Part shown: piece by piece, positions 23,961 to 34,751 of the stretch
How positions within the stretch are numbered: position 1 is the stretch's first letter
How the letters are laid out: every line of letters starts with the position of its first letter
From: Eledone cirrhosa
Lineage: Eukaryota
Length of the DNA stretch: 64,000 nt
Direction of reading: 5' to 3'
Assembly (NCBI GenBank): GCA_964016885.1
Contig: OZ024743.1
Location: 235,910,001 to 235,974,000, forward strand
Translations under genes and position numbers: made by a program
Notes under the pieces: generated by a model
Database searches by the model: none
Told to the model about the DNA's origin: nothing
Seen by the model: the letters and a program-made list of their open reading frames with translations, nothing else

Positions 23961-24056
23961 TACAGTATATTTTACCAACACTAGAGGGGCATCGTGTATA
24001 TAGGAAGATTGAGGAGTCTTCTCAACTCTACATTTCCTCTCGTTGTTTGACATATA

Positions 24057-24481
24057 TCATCATCATCACCGTTTTACATCTGTTCTTCCACACTAGCATG
24101 GGTTAGACGGATTGTCCTGTTGTGGGCAGTGTCCGATCGGCTGACCTTGTCTTGCTCATACGGGAACTGATTCTGGCTTGATTTCTAAGCACCCAACCTC
24201 ATTTACAGTGAGTGTTGGGTGCTTTTTTTTCATGGCGCCTCCACGTCCACTTTACAGTATGGGCTGGGTGCTTTTTTCTCCGTGGCACCTCCATGACCAC
24301 TTTGCCGTGGAATGATAGGGACCCTAGTCCTATCATCTCATTTCTATAGCTAAGTAAACTGGAGCAATGTGAAATAAAGTGCCTTGCTCGAGGAAACAAC
24401 ACATCACCCGGTCTGAGAATTGAACTCACAACCTTTTGATTGCAAGCCCAATGCTCTAACCACTAAGCCATGTGCCTTCAC
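24057..24481 (-). mobile_element. tRNA-derived SINE (family 2) with an RTE-family-A-like 3' half
   Basis: Minus strand: TGGCTTAGTGG A box, GAGTTCAATTC B box, central GAGCAAGGCACTTTATTTCACATTGCTCCAG, two 48-bp-type units, then CCGTCTAACCCATGCTAG...(GAT)n. Confidence 0.8.
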
Positions 24482-24499
24482 ACTAAGCCATATATATAT

Positions 24500-24632
24500 A
24501 TATCGCTGAAACTCACGGAGGAGATGACGAAGGACCATGACAAGTGGAGAGATGCTGTGCTGAATAGAATAGGACCCGTCCAACTCTTGCAAGCAGGGAA
24601 AAGCGGACGTAAAATGATGACGATGATGATAT
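24500..24632 (+). mobile_element. Short 3' end of RTE family B
   Basis: Encodes SLKLTEEMTKDHDKWRDAVLN. Matches 54064-54193. Flanked by TA runs. Confidence 0.85.
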
Positions 24633-25339
24633 ATACAGGATTTATATGTATATGATTTACATATAAACAATAAGAGGATATAGAATTAGGTCAATGTCCC
24701 TGAAAAAATGTGTTGTTAGTATTTTAGGAGAGAATGTTTTAAGGGGCTGTTACATTCTTGCAAGTTCGCGAACACCCTCCACCTCAGAAGTAGTAGTAAT
24801 AGTAGTAGTAGTAGTGGTGGTGGTAGTGGTAGTAGTAGTAGTAGCAGTAGTAGTGGTTGTAGTGGTAATAGTAGTGGTAGTAGTAGTAGTGGTAGTAGTA
24901 GTAGTAGTAGTGGTGGTGGTGGTGGTAGTAGTAGCAGCAGTAAATGAAAGACTGATTAAGATTTTCAATTAATTTTCTAAATCAAGAAATTAGTAATATA
25001 ACTTTCTCATTATTTACCTGGTGTTTGCAACATAACTTAACAAAGGTTCTTACATAAAATTATGATAATATAAACACTTTAAAACAAATCAGTACAGTAG
25101 AAGTAGGGGCTGTATCAGCTTGTTTAGTATCAAAAGGGTTAATCTGTGTGTACCTTAATATATTAAAGAAGTAACTTTACATAGAGACCCCACCTGAGAG
25201 GTCAATGTAATCAATACCAGTTATAACTCAAGGGTTGGATTAATACCTTATATACAATTCTTGCACATAAGTGCCTCTGTAAAGGAAATATAACCTTAAA
25301 ACATTCTTCTTCACCCACTTATTCCTGAGAGGGTTGTGG

Positions 25340-25660
25340 TAGGGTCAGAGTCCTCATACACTCCTTCTAGCAGGTCCTGTCAGAAGCAACTGCCTCCAAC
25401 TGATCTGGCTGGATCCTCAAGTGATACCAGCCAAGCTCATGGATGTTATCCAACCATCTTGCTTGGGGTCTACCCTTGGGTCTCCTGCTGGTTGGTTTTA
25501 CCCATAAAATCTGTCCAGTGATTCTTTCCTGAGACATTCTAACCACATGCCCATAATATCGGAGCTGTGATCTCACAATTCAGAGAAGTAGCAGCTCTAC
25601 CTGGAGTTACTCTCTGATCCCCGAGCTATGCACTCTATCGAGTAACGTTACTTTGGCTTA
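25340..25660 (-). mobile_element. Old RTE-like LINE fragment of a third lineage
   Basis: RSQLRYYGHVVRMSQERIT...RRPKGRPQARWLD is an RTE C-terminal motif. Confidence 0.7.
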
Positions 25661-26546
25661 GAAAAGTTGCCAAATAAAATATTGAGTGGCCTCTACAATT
25701 GTATCCAGGGCACAGTAACCTGCTTACTGCCGGTGACACAAAATACACCCAGTACGCCTTGTGGTAGTGCTGGTGCCATGTAAAAATGAACTTAGTACAT
25801 TCCTATTAAGTGATTGGCAAAAGGAATGTATCTAACATGGCACGGCACAGCATGGTTCTTAGACCTGACCAGTCTCATATTGTGAAAACCTATCCCATTC
25901 ATGCCACCATGGCAAACAGATGATGCTTTTGATGATGCTGATGGTGTTGATGATGATGATGATGCTACTGATGATGATGATGATGATGGTGATGCTAACG
26001 ATGATAGTTAAAAATATTTTAAAAAGAGAAAACTATAATGACTAAAATAAAAATAGATATTAATTTTGAACTCTGAGACAAATTGTAAATATGAGCAGAA
26101 AATGTATTTCTTGCACAACAAAATAATTAAATTCATTAGAAATCTAGTTTAAATCACAGACTCAGTAATTTAAATTACACTAATGATTAGATTGTAGATA
26201 AACTTTAAACCAAGCATCAACTACACTAATTTTATCTGAGTGTGTGTTTGAATGTGGATATGTGTGTGTGTGTATAAATACACACACACACATTATATAT
26301 ATATAAATATATATATGTATGTATGGATGGTGCATTGTTGTTAATGGTAGCACAGTAGTCCGGCAAACCAAAGATGTGGTTTCCCATCCCATGTACATCA
26401 ATGCTCATCCCTTTTTTCCATTCTAAGGGTTTTTAAAAGTCCCAACTAATAGACTAATTTAGTCAAAATATAGCATAGGCACTATCTACTAGTTATATAT
26501 ACATACACACACACACACACTTTTCCAGCAGAAGTAGTGGGGGACA

Positions 26547-26587
26547 ACTGCCGACATGTTTCTGGCTCTAGCCATCATCAGGACAGT
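26547..26587 (-). ncRNA. Minimal type I hammerhead ribozyme (Penelope-like-element type)
   Basis: Minus strand ACTGTC-CTGATGA-TGGC(TAGA)GCCA-GAAA-CATGTC-GGCAGT. Both core boxes are present, with stem II, palindromic ACATGT stem III, GUC triplet and a 6-bp stem I. Confidence 0.75.
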
Positions 26588-26787
26588 GCTCCCTTGCTCT
26601 CTGCTGGAATTTGAAACAGGTGAAAATATATAGTTTTTTCACAAACTATACATTTTATAATATAGCATAGTGATGCTATCTGAATCTAGCCTGATCCCTT
26701 ATAGTGTAAGAGGGCCGAAACAGTTGCCTGGAGGAGGGCTTCTTCTCTGAAGACCTATCAAGCTCTCCTCAAACTTTCTTACCTACA

Positions 26788-27747
26788 TATCATCATCATT
26801 TTACATACGGGTCCTATTCAGCACAGCATCTGTCCACTTGTCACGGTCCTTCGTCATCTCCTCCCTGAGTTTCAGCGATCTGAGGTGTGTTCTCACCATC
26901 AGCCCCCATATTTTTCGTGATTTACCTCTACTGCGTCTTCCTTCTACTGGGATTTTTTGGCACTTCTTTACCCAGCAGTCATCCTCCATGCGCATCACAT
27001 GTCCATACCATCTCAGTCTTCACACCACAACTTATCCCTCTTATACCCAGTTTCTTTCTCAACTCGTCTATGCTTGGTCGTTCACGCACATCCAACGTAG
27101 CATACTTGCTTCATTTCTCTCCAGCCGTCGCATATCCTCTGCAGTTGTTGCCCATGTCTCACTACCATGCAGCATCGTGCATCTCACACAGGCATCATAT
27201 AATCGTCCTTTTGTATGCAGGGAGAAACCCTTCTTTGTCAACAGCGGAAGCAGCTCTCTAAACTTCTTCCAGCCCGTCCTTATTCTAAATACTATGGTCT
27301 CGAAACACCCCCCTCCCATGCTAATCTGATCACCTAGGTACCGGAAGCTATCAACCACTTCTATAGAACCCACCTGCATTGGAAAAATGTCTATCACTGC
27401 GATTACTACTGCCAACTTACCCTGTACATCTACTGCATATGTAGTTTTCCCTACCTGTTAGTTTGCCTGCTATCCCACTACATCTTGTGTACCCAAGATC
27501 TGCTTTGCGTACATTTTATGGAATTTATGCCAGTTCCTTTTCTACATATCGAACATGGCCATTTCCCTGATGGAATCAGAGTTTTGTCCTCTCTTCTACT
27601 AATCAACTGTTTTGTCTCAGTCCTGTTGATTCCAACTGCTGTTTCCATAGCCAGAAGTTATTCTCTAGCTCCTCTACTGATTCTGCTATAAGAACCAGAT
27701 CATCAGCATAGAGAAGTTCCCATGGGCATCCAGTCTTAAACTCCTCT
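26788..27747 (-). mobile_element. 5'-truncated degenerate RTE LINE, family B
   Basis: ORFs 27068-27415 and 26801-26998 match 53266-54169. (CAT)n at about 26790. Confidence 0.92.
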
Positions 27748-27794
27748 ATATATAATAAAGGCTACCTGTGTTAACAAGAGGAATGGCGGGATTT

Positions 27795-27975
27795 ACAGTG
27801 AAGGCTAACAATAGGCGTGATGGGATTTACAGTGAGGGTTAACAATAGGTGTGATGGGGTTTACAGTGAGGGTTAACAATAGGTGTGATGAGGTTTATAG
27901 TGAGGGTTAACAGGGGGGATGATAGGGTTTTCTGTGATAGAGATAACAGGGGGCCTGATGGAGGTTTTAGTGAGG
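27795..27975. repeat. About 34-bp degenerate minisatellite
   Basis: GATGGGATTTACAGTGAGGGTTAACAATAGGTGT-like units. Confidence 0.8.
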
Positions 27976-28009
27976 ACTAATTGGGTTAACAAGAGACTGA
28001 TGGTGGAAT

Positions 28010-28945
28010 AGTGTGTATATGTGTGTAGTGTGTATGTGCATGTGTGTATATGAGTGAATGGATGTTTGTGGAAGTATTGTGTGGATGTGTGTGGGGGGAT
28101 GTGTATGCATGTACCTGTCTATGTGTCTGTGTGTGTATGTGTCTGTGCATGTGTGGATGTGTGTGTGTGTGTGTACAAGTGTGTGTGTGTGTGTGTGTAC
28201 AAGTGTGTGTGTGTGTGTGTACAAGTGTGTGTGTGTGTGTGTGTTCATGTGTGTGTGTGTGTGTATGTGTGTACATCAGATAGGATGACTGGATGTTTAA
28301 TGTTAATTCACGGCAGACATTGAACTGTTATTGAAATGAAATGGGGGAGAATAATTTAATTATATTTAATTAATTAATGGAAGCCGTTAACTTCATTGAT
28401 AGCTTTCTGGTGAAATTGATTACAGGAAGCAGGAGAGGGAAGGGGAGAGAGAGTGGACAGGAAGAGGGGAGAGAGAGTGGAGAGGTGGAGAGGGAGATAG
28501 TGGAGATGGAGAGAGTGGAGAGAGGGGAGAGAGTGGACAGGGAGAGTGGAGGGAGAGTGGAGAGAGAGGGAGAGAGTGGGGAGAGAGAGAGGGAGAGAGT
28601 GGGGAGAGAGAGAGGGAGAGAGTGGACAGGGAGAGAGGGAGAGAGAGGGGAGAGAGTGGACAGGGAGAGAGGGAGAGAGAGGGGAGAGAGTGGACAGGGA
28701 GAGTGGAGAGAGAGTGTGGAGAGAGAGTGTGGAGAGAGAGAGAAAAGACAGTGTGTGAGAGATTGAGAGTGAGAGAGTGTGTGTCTGTATGTCTTTGTAT
28801 GCATGCGTGTGCTTGTACACAGTTCACCTGCTTTTATACGTGTGTGTCTGTATGGGTGTATCTGCTTCTGTATGTATGTGTGTGCATGAGTATGTCTGTA
28901 TGTGTATGTATGTGTCTGCTTCTATATGTATGTGTGTGTCTGTGT
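28010..28945. repeat. (TG)n-rich and (GA)n/GGAGAGAGTGGACA-rich low-complexity blocks
   Basis: Directly visible. Confidence 0.9.
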
Positions 28946-29995
28946 GCTTAAATCCCTGAGTTAAAACAAATTAAATGAGAATCTGAAAATCTGGGATATT
29001 TCTAGTAGTATTGTTGTCTTGTTGGAAATATTAACTGGATATTAGAGGATTAGCTCTTGACATCCTGTACCACATGAAGCCACATTAGCTCTTGAAGTCC
29101 TGTACCACATGAAACCACATTAACTCAATGTCCTGTACCACATGAAACCACATTAACTCAACGTCCTGTACCACATGAAACCACATTAGCAATGTACAAA
29201 ACAACTCATTAAAAAACTTAAGTCTTTACTCTTGTACTGTTCATGTTTTGGCAAGGTTTTTCAGGGTGAATACCCTTCCTACCAACAACCACCTTACAGT
29301 GTGGTTTGGGTTCATTATTCGTGCCACCAGCGCTAGAGAGGTTGTCTTACTGGACTCAAGAGTCCTCTCCACCCTGTGTTAGTTTTTATTTGGAGTGTCT
29401 ACTCTCCTCGACAGGTTGCCTTCATTAAGGCTTACAGAGCCCAAGTCTACTCTACTCTTATACTGTAAATTTTCACAACAATCTGTCCACTGGTGAAGAT
29501 ACTATAAACATCTGAATTAACAAACCTATTTTTAGATATTTTCTGGTACAACATTACAGGATTATAGTGTTACATAAAATCTGTATTTTAAACAGGAAAA
29601 TAGTGGAGTATTTATTTAACCCTTTCCTTACCATATTTCTAATGAAAGACATTTTGAAAATAGTGGAATTTAGCAATATAACTAACATCATTATTAATAA
29701 GTCGATGTGTGGGACTTAACAAAGGTTCTTACATAAAATTATGATGGAAGGGATTTAGATAAATATAAACATATTTCTAATGAAAGATACTGTGTATAAT
29801 TTTCAAATAATCGCAAATTTTGAGAGATTTAGTAATATAACTAACTTTCTCATTATTAAGTTGGTGAGTGTAGCATAAAGTTATGAAGGGTTTGTAGATA
29901 TCTCAACTATGTATATCTGGTTTAAAATAGGTACACTGTATCCTTGCATGTCATAAATAACTAAAAGGGTTTTAAACATCTCAACCATGCGTACC

Positions 29996-30320
29996 ATCAT
30001 CATCGTTTTACGTCCGTTCTTCCACGCTAGCATGGGTTAGACGGGTTGTCCTGTTGTGGGCAGTGTCCGGTCGGCTGACCTTGCCTTGCTCATACAGGAA
30101 CTGATTCTGGCTTGATTTCTACAGCTGGATGCCCTTCCTAACACCAACCTCATTTTTTTCCCTGGTGCCTACACGACCACTTTATAGTGTGGGCTGGGTG
30201 CTTTTTTGCTGTGGCACCTCCACGACCACTTTGCAGTGGGAGGGGGTGGGGGCATATTGTCTATATGCTTCAACTTCGGCTTGTACCCATGGGAAGTCGG
30301 GTCTTCTGTATTACTGTTGC
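29996..30320 (-). mobile_element. RTE/SINE 3' UTR-type fragment
   Basis: (CAT)n, GCATGGGTTAGACGG and CTGGATGCCCTTCCTAACACCAACC. Similar to 24057-24310 and 6698-7085. Confidence 0.8.
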
Positions 30321-31308
30321 GTGTGCAATTGTATCTGGTTTAAAATAGATACGCAGTACCCTTCCATGTCATGAAAAGCCCTTCTTCGTGCTAACCGTTT
30401 CAGTTACCTCCTCCAAAATATAATGATACATTATAACTATACCAGAGACAGCATAAAATCCCAGACAGAACTTGATCTAAATCAGAATTTCCAACACAAT
30501 ATTCTCAATCTTAAAATAACATTTCATTTCATTCTAGATATTATTTATGGTTGTTTTATCAATATAAATAATAAACATCAAATTTTTGCTCCTAATATGT
30601 CAACACACATGACTTCTATTGAAGATAAATTTATTTCAAATATTGAAATTCATTTCTTTAGGCAGCCATTAATGCAATATAGTCTTTGCTAAAGGAACAA
30701 CACCAACTGGTCTTTTTTTTTTTTATACCATATTTTTACTGCTTTGTTTTAATACATTAAAAAATGTATATCTTTTTTAGAATCCCTTCTGTCACCTTCG
30801 CTTTCTCTGTATCTATCTATCTATCTTCTTATCTATCCATGTATCTATCTGCCAATATATATATATATATATATAAATACCTATCTATCTCTCTATCTGA
30901 GTACAGAAATATTTAATAATTTCTGTTTCGAAGAATTCTTCATACATATATTTATATTTAGGTTACTTCTAATCTTGTTATATCTATTAGTGAAACTCTC
31001 TCTCTCTCTCTCTGAATGAGAGAGAGAGAGAGATTTCAATATAAATTTAAGGCAGCTACAAATACTGTTAAGAAATTAGAAGCCTTAGCTATGAAAAGAA
31101 GGAAGTGTGAAGTATAAATATTTCCAACTATTCCCCCTTAAACAGAAAGACACCAGATAATTCTGATGTCTTTCAGAGATTGTTGTCTCCTCATCAGAGG
31201 GTAACTATACATATGATTCCACACACAGAGGAATATTGTTATAGAAATGATATATATGATGTCATATAGGATGTAGAAAATATCTGAAATTGTCACGGAA
31301 ACATAATT

Positions 31309-31868
31309 CATCATCATCATCATTTTTAATGTCTATTTTCCATGTTTTCATGGATTAGACGAGTTGTCCCATTGTGAGACAAGCCAAGCCAAATGACCTT
31401 CTCCTGCTCATAGAGAATTGTTTCTGGCTTACTTTTCTACAACTGGATGCCGTTCCTAACACTTTACAGTGTGAACTAGAAGCTTGGTTTAAAGCACTGT
31501 ATCCTCATCATCACCATTTAAAGTTTATTTTCCATGTTTAAATAAGTTAGACATGCTGCATGTTGAGGCCAAACTGGTCAGATGACTTGGTCCTGCTCAT
31601 ACAGTTCTTTTGGCTTGGTTTCTATGGCTGGATGCCCTTCCAAATGTTAACCACTTTACAGTGTGTACTGGAGCCTGCTTTACAACACATCATCATCATC
31701 ACTTTTTAACGTCCATTTTCCATGAGTTATACCATTGCGAGACAGTCCAAGTCAGATGACCATGTCCTTCTCATCAGAACTGTTTCTGGCTTTGTTTCTA
31801 TGGCTGGATGCCCTTCCTAATGTTAACCACTTCACAATGTCTACTGCGACCTTGGTTTAAAACGCAGT
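31309..31868 (-). mobile_element. Three tandem degenerate copies of the RTE/SINE 3' end
   Basis: (CAT)n starts near 31309, 31505 and 31688, each followed by CTGGATGCC and CACTTTACAGTGTG-like sequence. Confidence 0.75.
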
Positions 31869-32580
31869 ATGTTTCAAGATTTTATTTCAAGCAAAAGAAT
31901 AATCTCATATTTTTTTGTTCATAGAGGAATAATTGTTTCTACTTTTGGCACAAGGCCAGCAATTACCCAGAGCATTACTGGTACTTCAGGGCATCCAGCC
32001 ATAGAGGAATAATAAAAAGTGTTTACACTTGATATTTCACAGCCTAAGGCTCCTAACTCAGAATGTCATTATATCTTCATTGAATCTATATACAAACAGA
32101 TATAACAGTAATTATGATGATGTAGGACAGTTTAAACATTTGACCAGTCCCAACACCTTAATACACATACTGTGTAATCACAGACAGTGTGTTCAGACAC
32201 ACACACACACGTACAGGCTCACATATGTAGCGACACACTATATACAGACACACACATATGTATAAGACAGTGTACATACATGTATATACACACACACATG
32301 TATAAAGCATTATGTACATACATATATACACACAACGACATGTATAAAACATATACATACATGTATACACACACATGCACATGTATAAGACAGTGTATAC
32401 ATATATATATATATACAGGCAGACATATGTATAAAACATATACATACATATATACACATCATCATCATCATTGCCATCATTTTAACATCCACTTTCTCAG
32501 GCAGTGTTTATATATGTATATACAGACATATACAACACTATATATATATAGACATATACAACACTATATATATAGACATA

Positions 32581-33615
32581 CTAGCATTAAGCCGGGCGTT
32601 GCTCGGGGTCATTAAGTTACCAAAGTTAGGTTGCACCACCCATTTTATGGCAGCACTTTTTTGTCTGCCAGGCACTGGGTGAATGAATTGCAGACCTGGA
32701 CTGCCGAAGCAGGAGCTGCGCCAGCAGTGGCAATTGTAGTTTCGCCTATGGATATTATCTCTGTGCAAAGAAGTGTTGAAATTTATTGTTTCACAGTACT
32801 TGCGCAACACGCGCGTAGACGATGCCAGCCGAACAACAGAGCTACGATGGAGTTGTTCTGCATGGTTGTCTAATGTGTTTTCTAAATTTAAGACAGTAGG
32901 GAGGGGTGTGATATGGGGGAGAGTTAGCTGCTGTTTCTAGCAGGTTTAGTGACCTCATAGAGGATATGTTTTCTAAATTTAAGACAGTAGGGAGGGGTGT
33001 GATATGGGGGAGAGTTAGCTGCTGTTTCTAGCAGGTTTAGTGATCTCATAGAGGATATTATTGTGTATAGTAAATGAACTGATACTTCTTTCTTCCACGT
33101 TCGTTGAGAGATGTTTTAAAAAAGATTTATCGCTATTTTTTTTGCTGTTGAATAAATTTATCTGTTGCTTTTGAATAATTGTTGTTTCATATGAAATGTA
33201 ATAAGTTCTCTTTGTCATTGAAGTAAATAAATGTTTGACCGTTCCACACTCAAAAACAAACGTTCTCGCTCTCTCTCTCTCTTCTTTCTTCGGCGTTCCT
33301 AAAGGAAGTTTGTAAGTTTAAGCGTATATATGAGAAAGTTGCGGCATGTATGTAGTTTTATCGAATTTTAAGGGGAGTAGAGAGAGGTATCAGATTGTAT
33401 TAGAGGGGTAAAGTGTCATGTATTTAGTTTTATCGATTATTTCCGTAATTGTGGGTGAATTTGAATGAAATAAATAGTTGATGACCTAAGTTAGACAATT
33501 TACAACATTCTTACAGAATTTGAGTCGAATCGGTTTGAAATTGTGCAAATGTATAAACATGGAACATGCACACACATACACACAACAACAACAATCTGCC
33601 TTTTATAGATAATGA
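32581..33615 (-). mobile_element. Non-autonomous Helitron
   Basis: Minus strand A|TCATTATCTATAAA ... GACCCCGAGCAACGCCCGGCTTAATGCTAG|T. Removing it restores the host unit GACATA|TACAACACTATA with no TSD. The 3' part is shared with 59815-60618. Confidence 0.9.
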
Positions 33616-34270
33616 TACAACACTATATATATAGACATATACAACACTACATATACAGACATATACAACACTATATATATAGACATATAACCACACGCAT
33701 ATCACACTATATATACGTGTATGTATAATGTCATATACACACATAAATCATTATGTGTGTATACATGTGTGTAAATAAACACACATAAATCCTTGTGTAT
33801 ACATGTGTGTAAAGAAACACACATAAATCATTGTGTGTATGTGTGTATATGAAACACACACACACACAAGATCTTATATGTATATATATGTGTATATAAC
33901 CACACACAAATCATTGTGTAAATATGTGTATATATATACACACATAAACCATTATATGTGTGTATATAAACACACACAAATCATTATATGTGTGTGTATA
34001 CATACACATAAATCATTCTGGTTAATTAGACATGAGACAAACACTATAATAAATCCGGAAAATAATTGAAGACATCTTATAACTTGGACAGCAGACTGAT
34101 CAATACTCGATCATTATTGATAAAATATACATATTTACACAAGTTAATACTTTCAGGGTGATCCTGCAAACAGTTATAGCAGAGACCATATACCCTACCA
34201 CAAACAGTTATAGCAGAGACCATATACCCTAGCCTACTCTAGGCTACCCTACCACAAACACCAGAACACC

Positions 34271-34412
34271 TGGTAACCCTCTGTGATACCAGTCTACCCT
34301 GTAAAGTGACGGTACTGGTATCCCTCTGTGATACCAGTCTACCCTGTAAAGTGATGGTACTGGTAACCTTCTGTGATACCAGTCTACCCTGTAAAGTAGT
34401 GGTACTGGTAAC
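34271..34412. repeat. 45-bp minisatellite interrupted by the LTR element (resumes 39246-39300)
   Basis: GGTAACCCTCTGTGATACCAGTCTACCCTGTAAAGTGNNGGTACT units lie on both sides of the element. Confidence 0.92.
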
Positions 34413-34688
34413 TGTTGTATGGACTGTGAATCGAACTCACAACCTCATTGTTGTATGGACTGTTAAATTCGATTTGTTCAATTTACACGTGCTCACACAT
34501 TTGCATATGAATCACGTGACCTGGGCAGTCAGTCAACGTTGGTATTAAAAACTCGGTCACAGACTACTTACTTACTTTATGTTATTCTGCTACTGTGAGG
34601 AGGGGTGTTTTGGTTGTTTTGCAAATTACACAAATTATTTGATATAACTCGTTGTGTTTTCTCTGCGAGTACCGAGAGGAATACAACA
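34413..34688 (+). repeat. 5' LTR (276 bp)
   Basis: TGTTGTAT...ATACAACA perfect 8-bp inverted termini. Confidence 0.96.
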
Positions 34689-34696
34689 GAGTTTAT

Positions 34697-34715
34697 TGGC
34701 GTCGACGATAGGATT
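34697..34715 (+). promoter_or_regulatory. Primer binding site, probably tRNA-Ser type
   Basis: TGGCGTCGACGATAGGATT starts 8 nt after the LTR. TGG complements the tRNA CCA. The tRNA identity is from recall and unverified. Confidence 0.75.
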
Positions 34716-34751
34716 TACCTACATTGCTGGGAAATTGTTTATCACAAAAAC

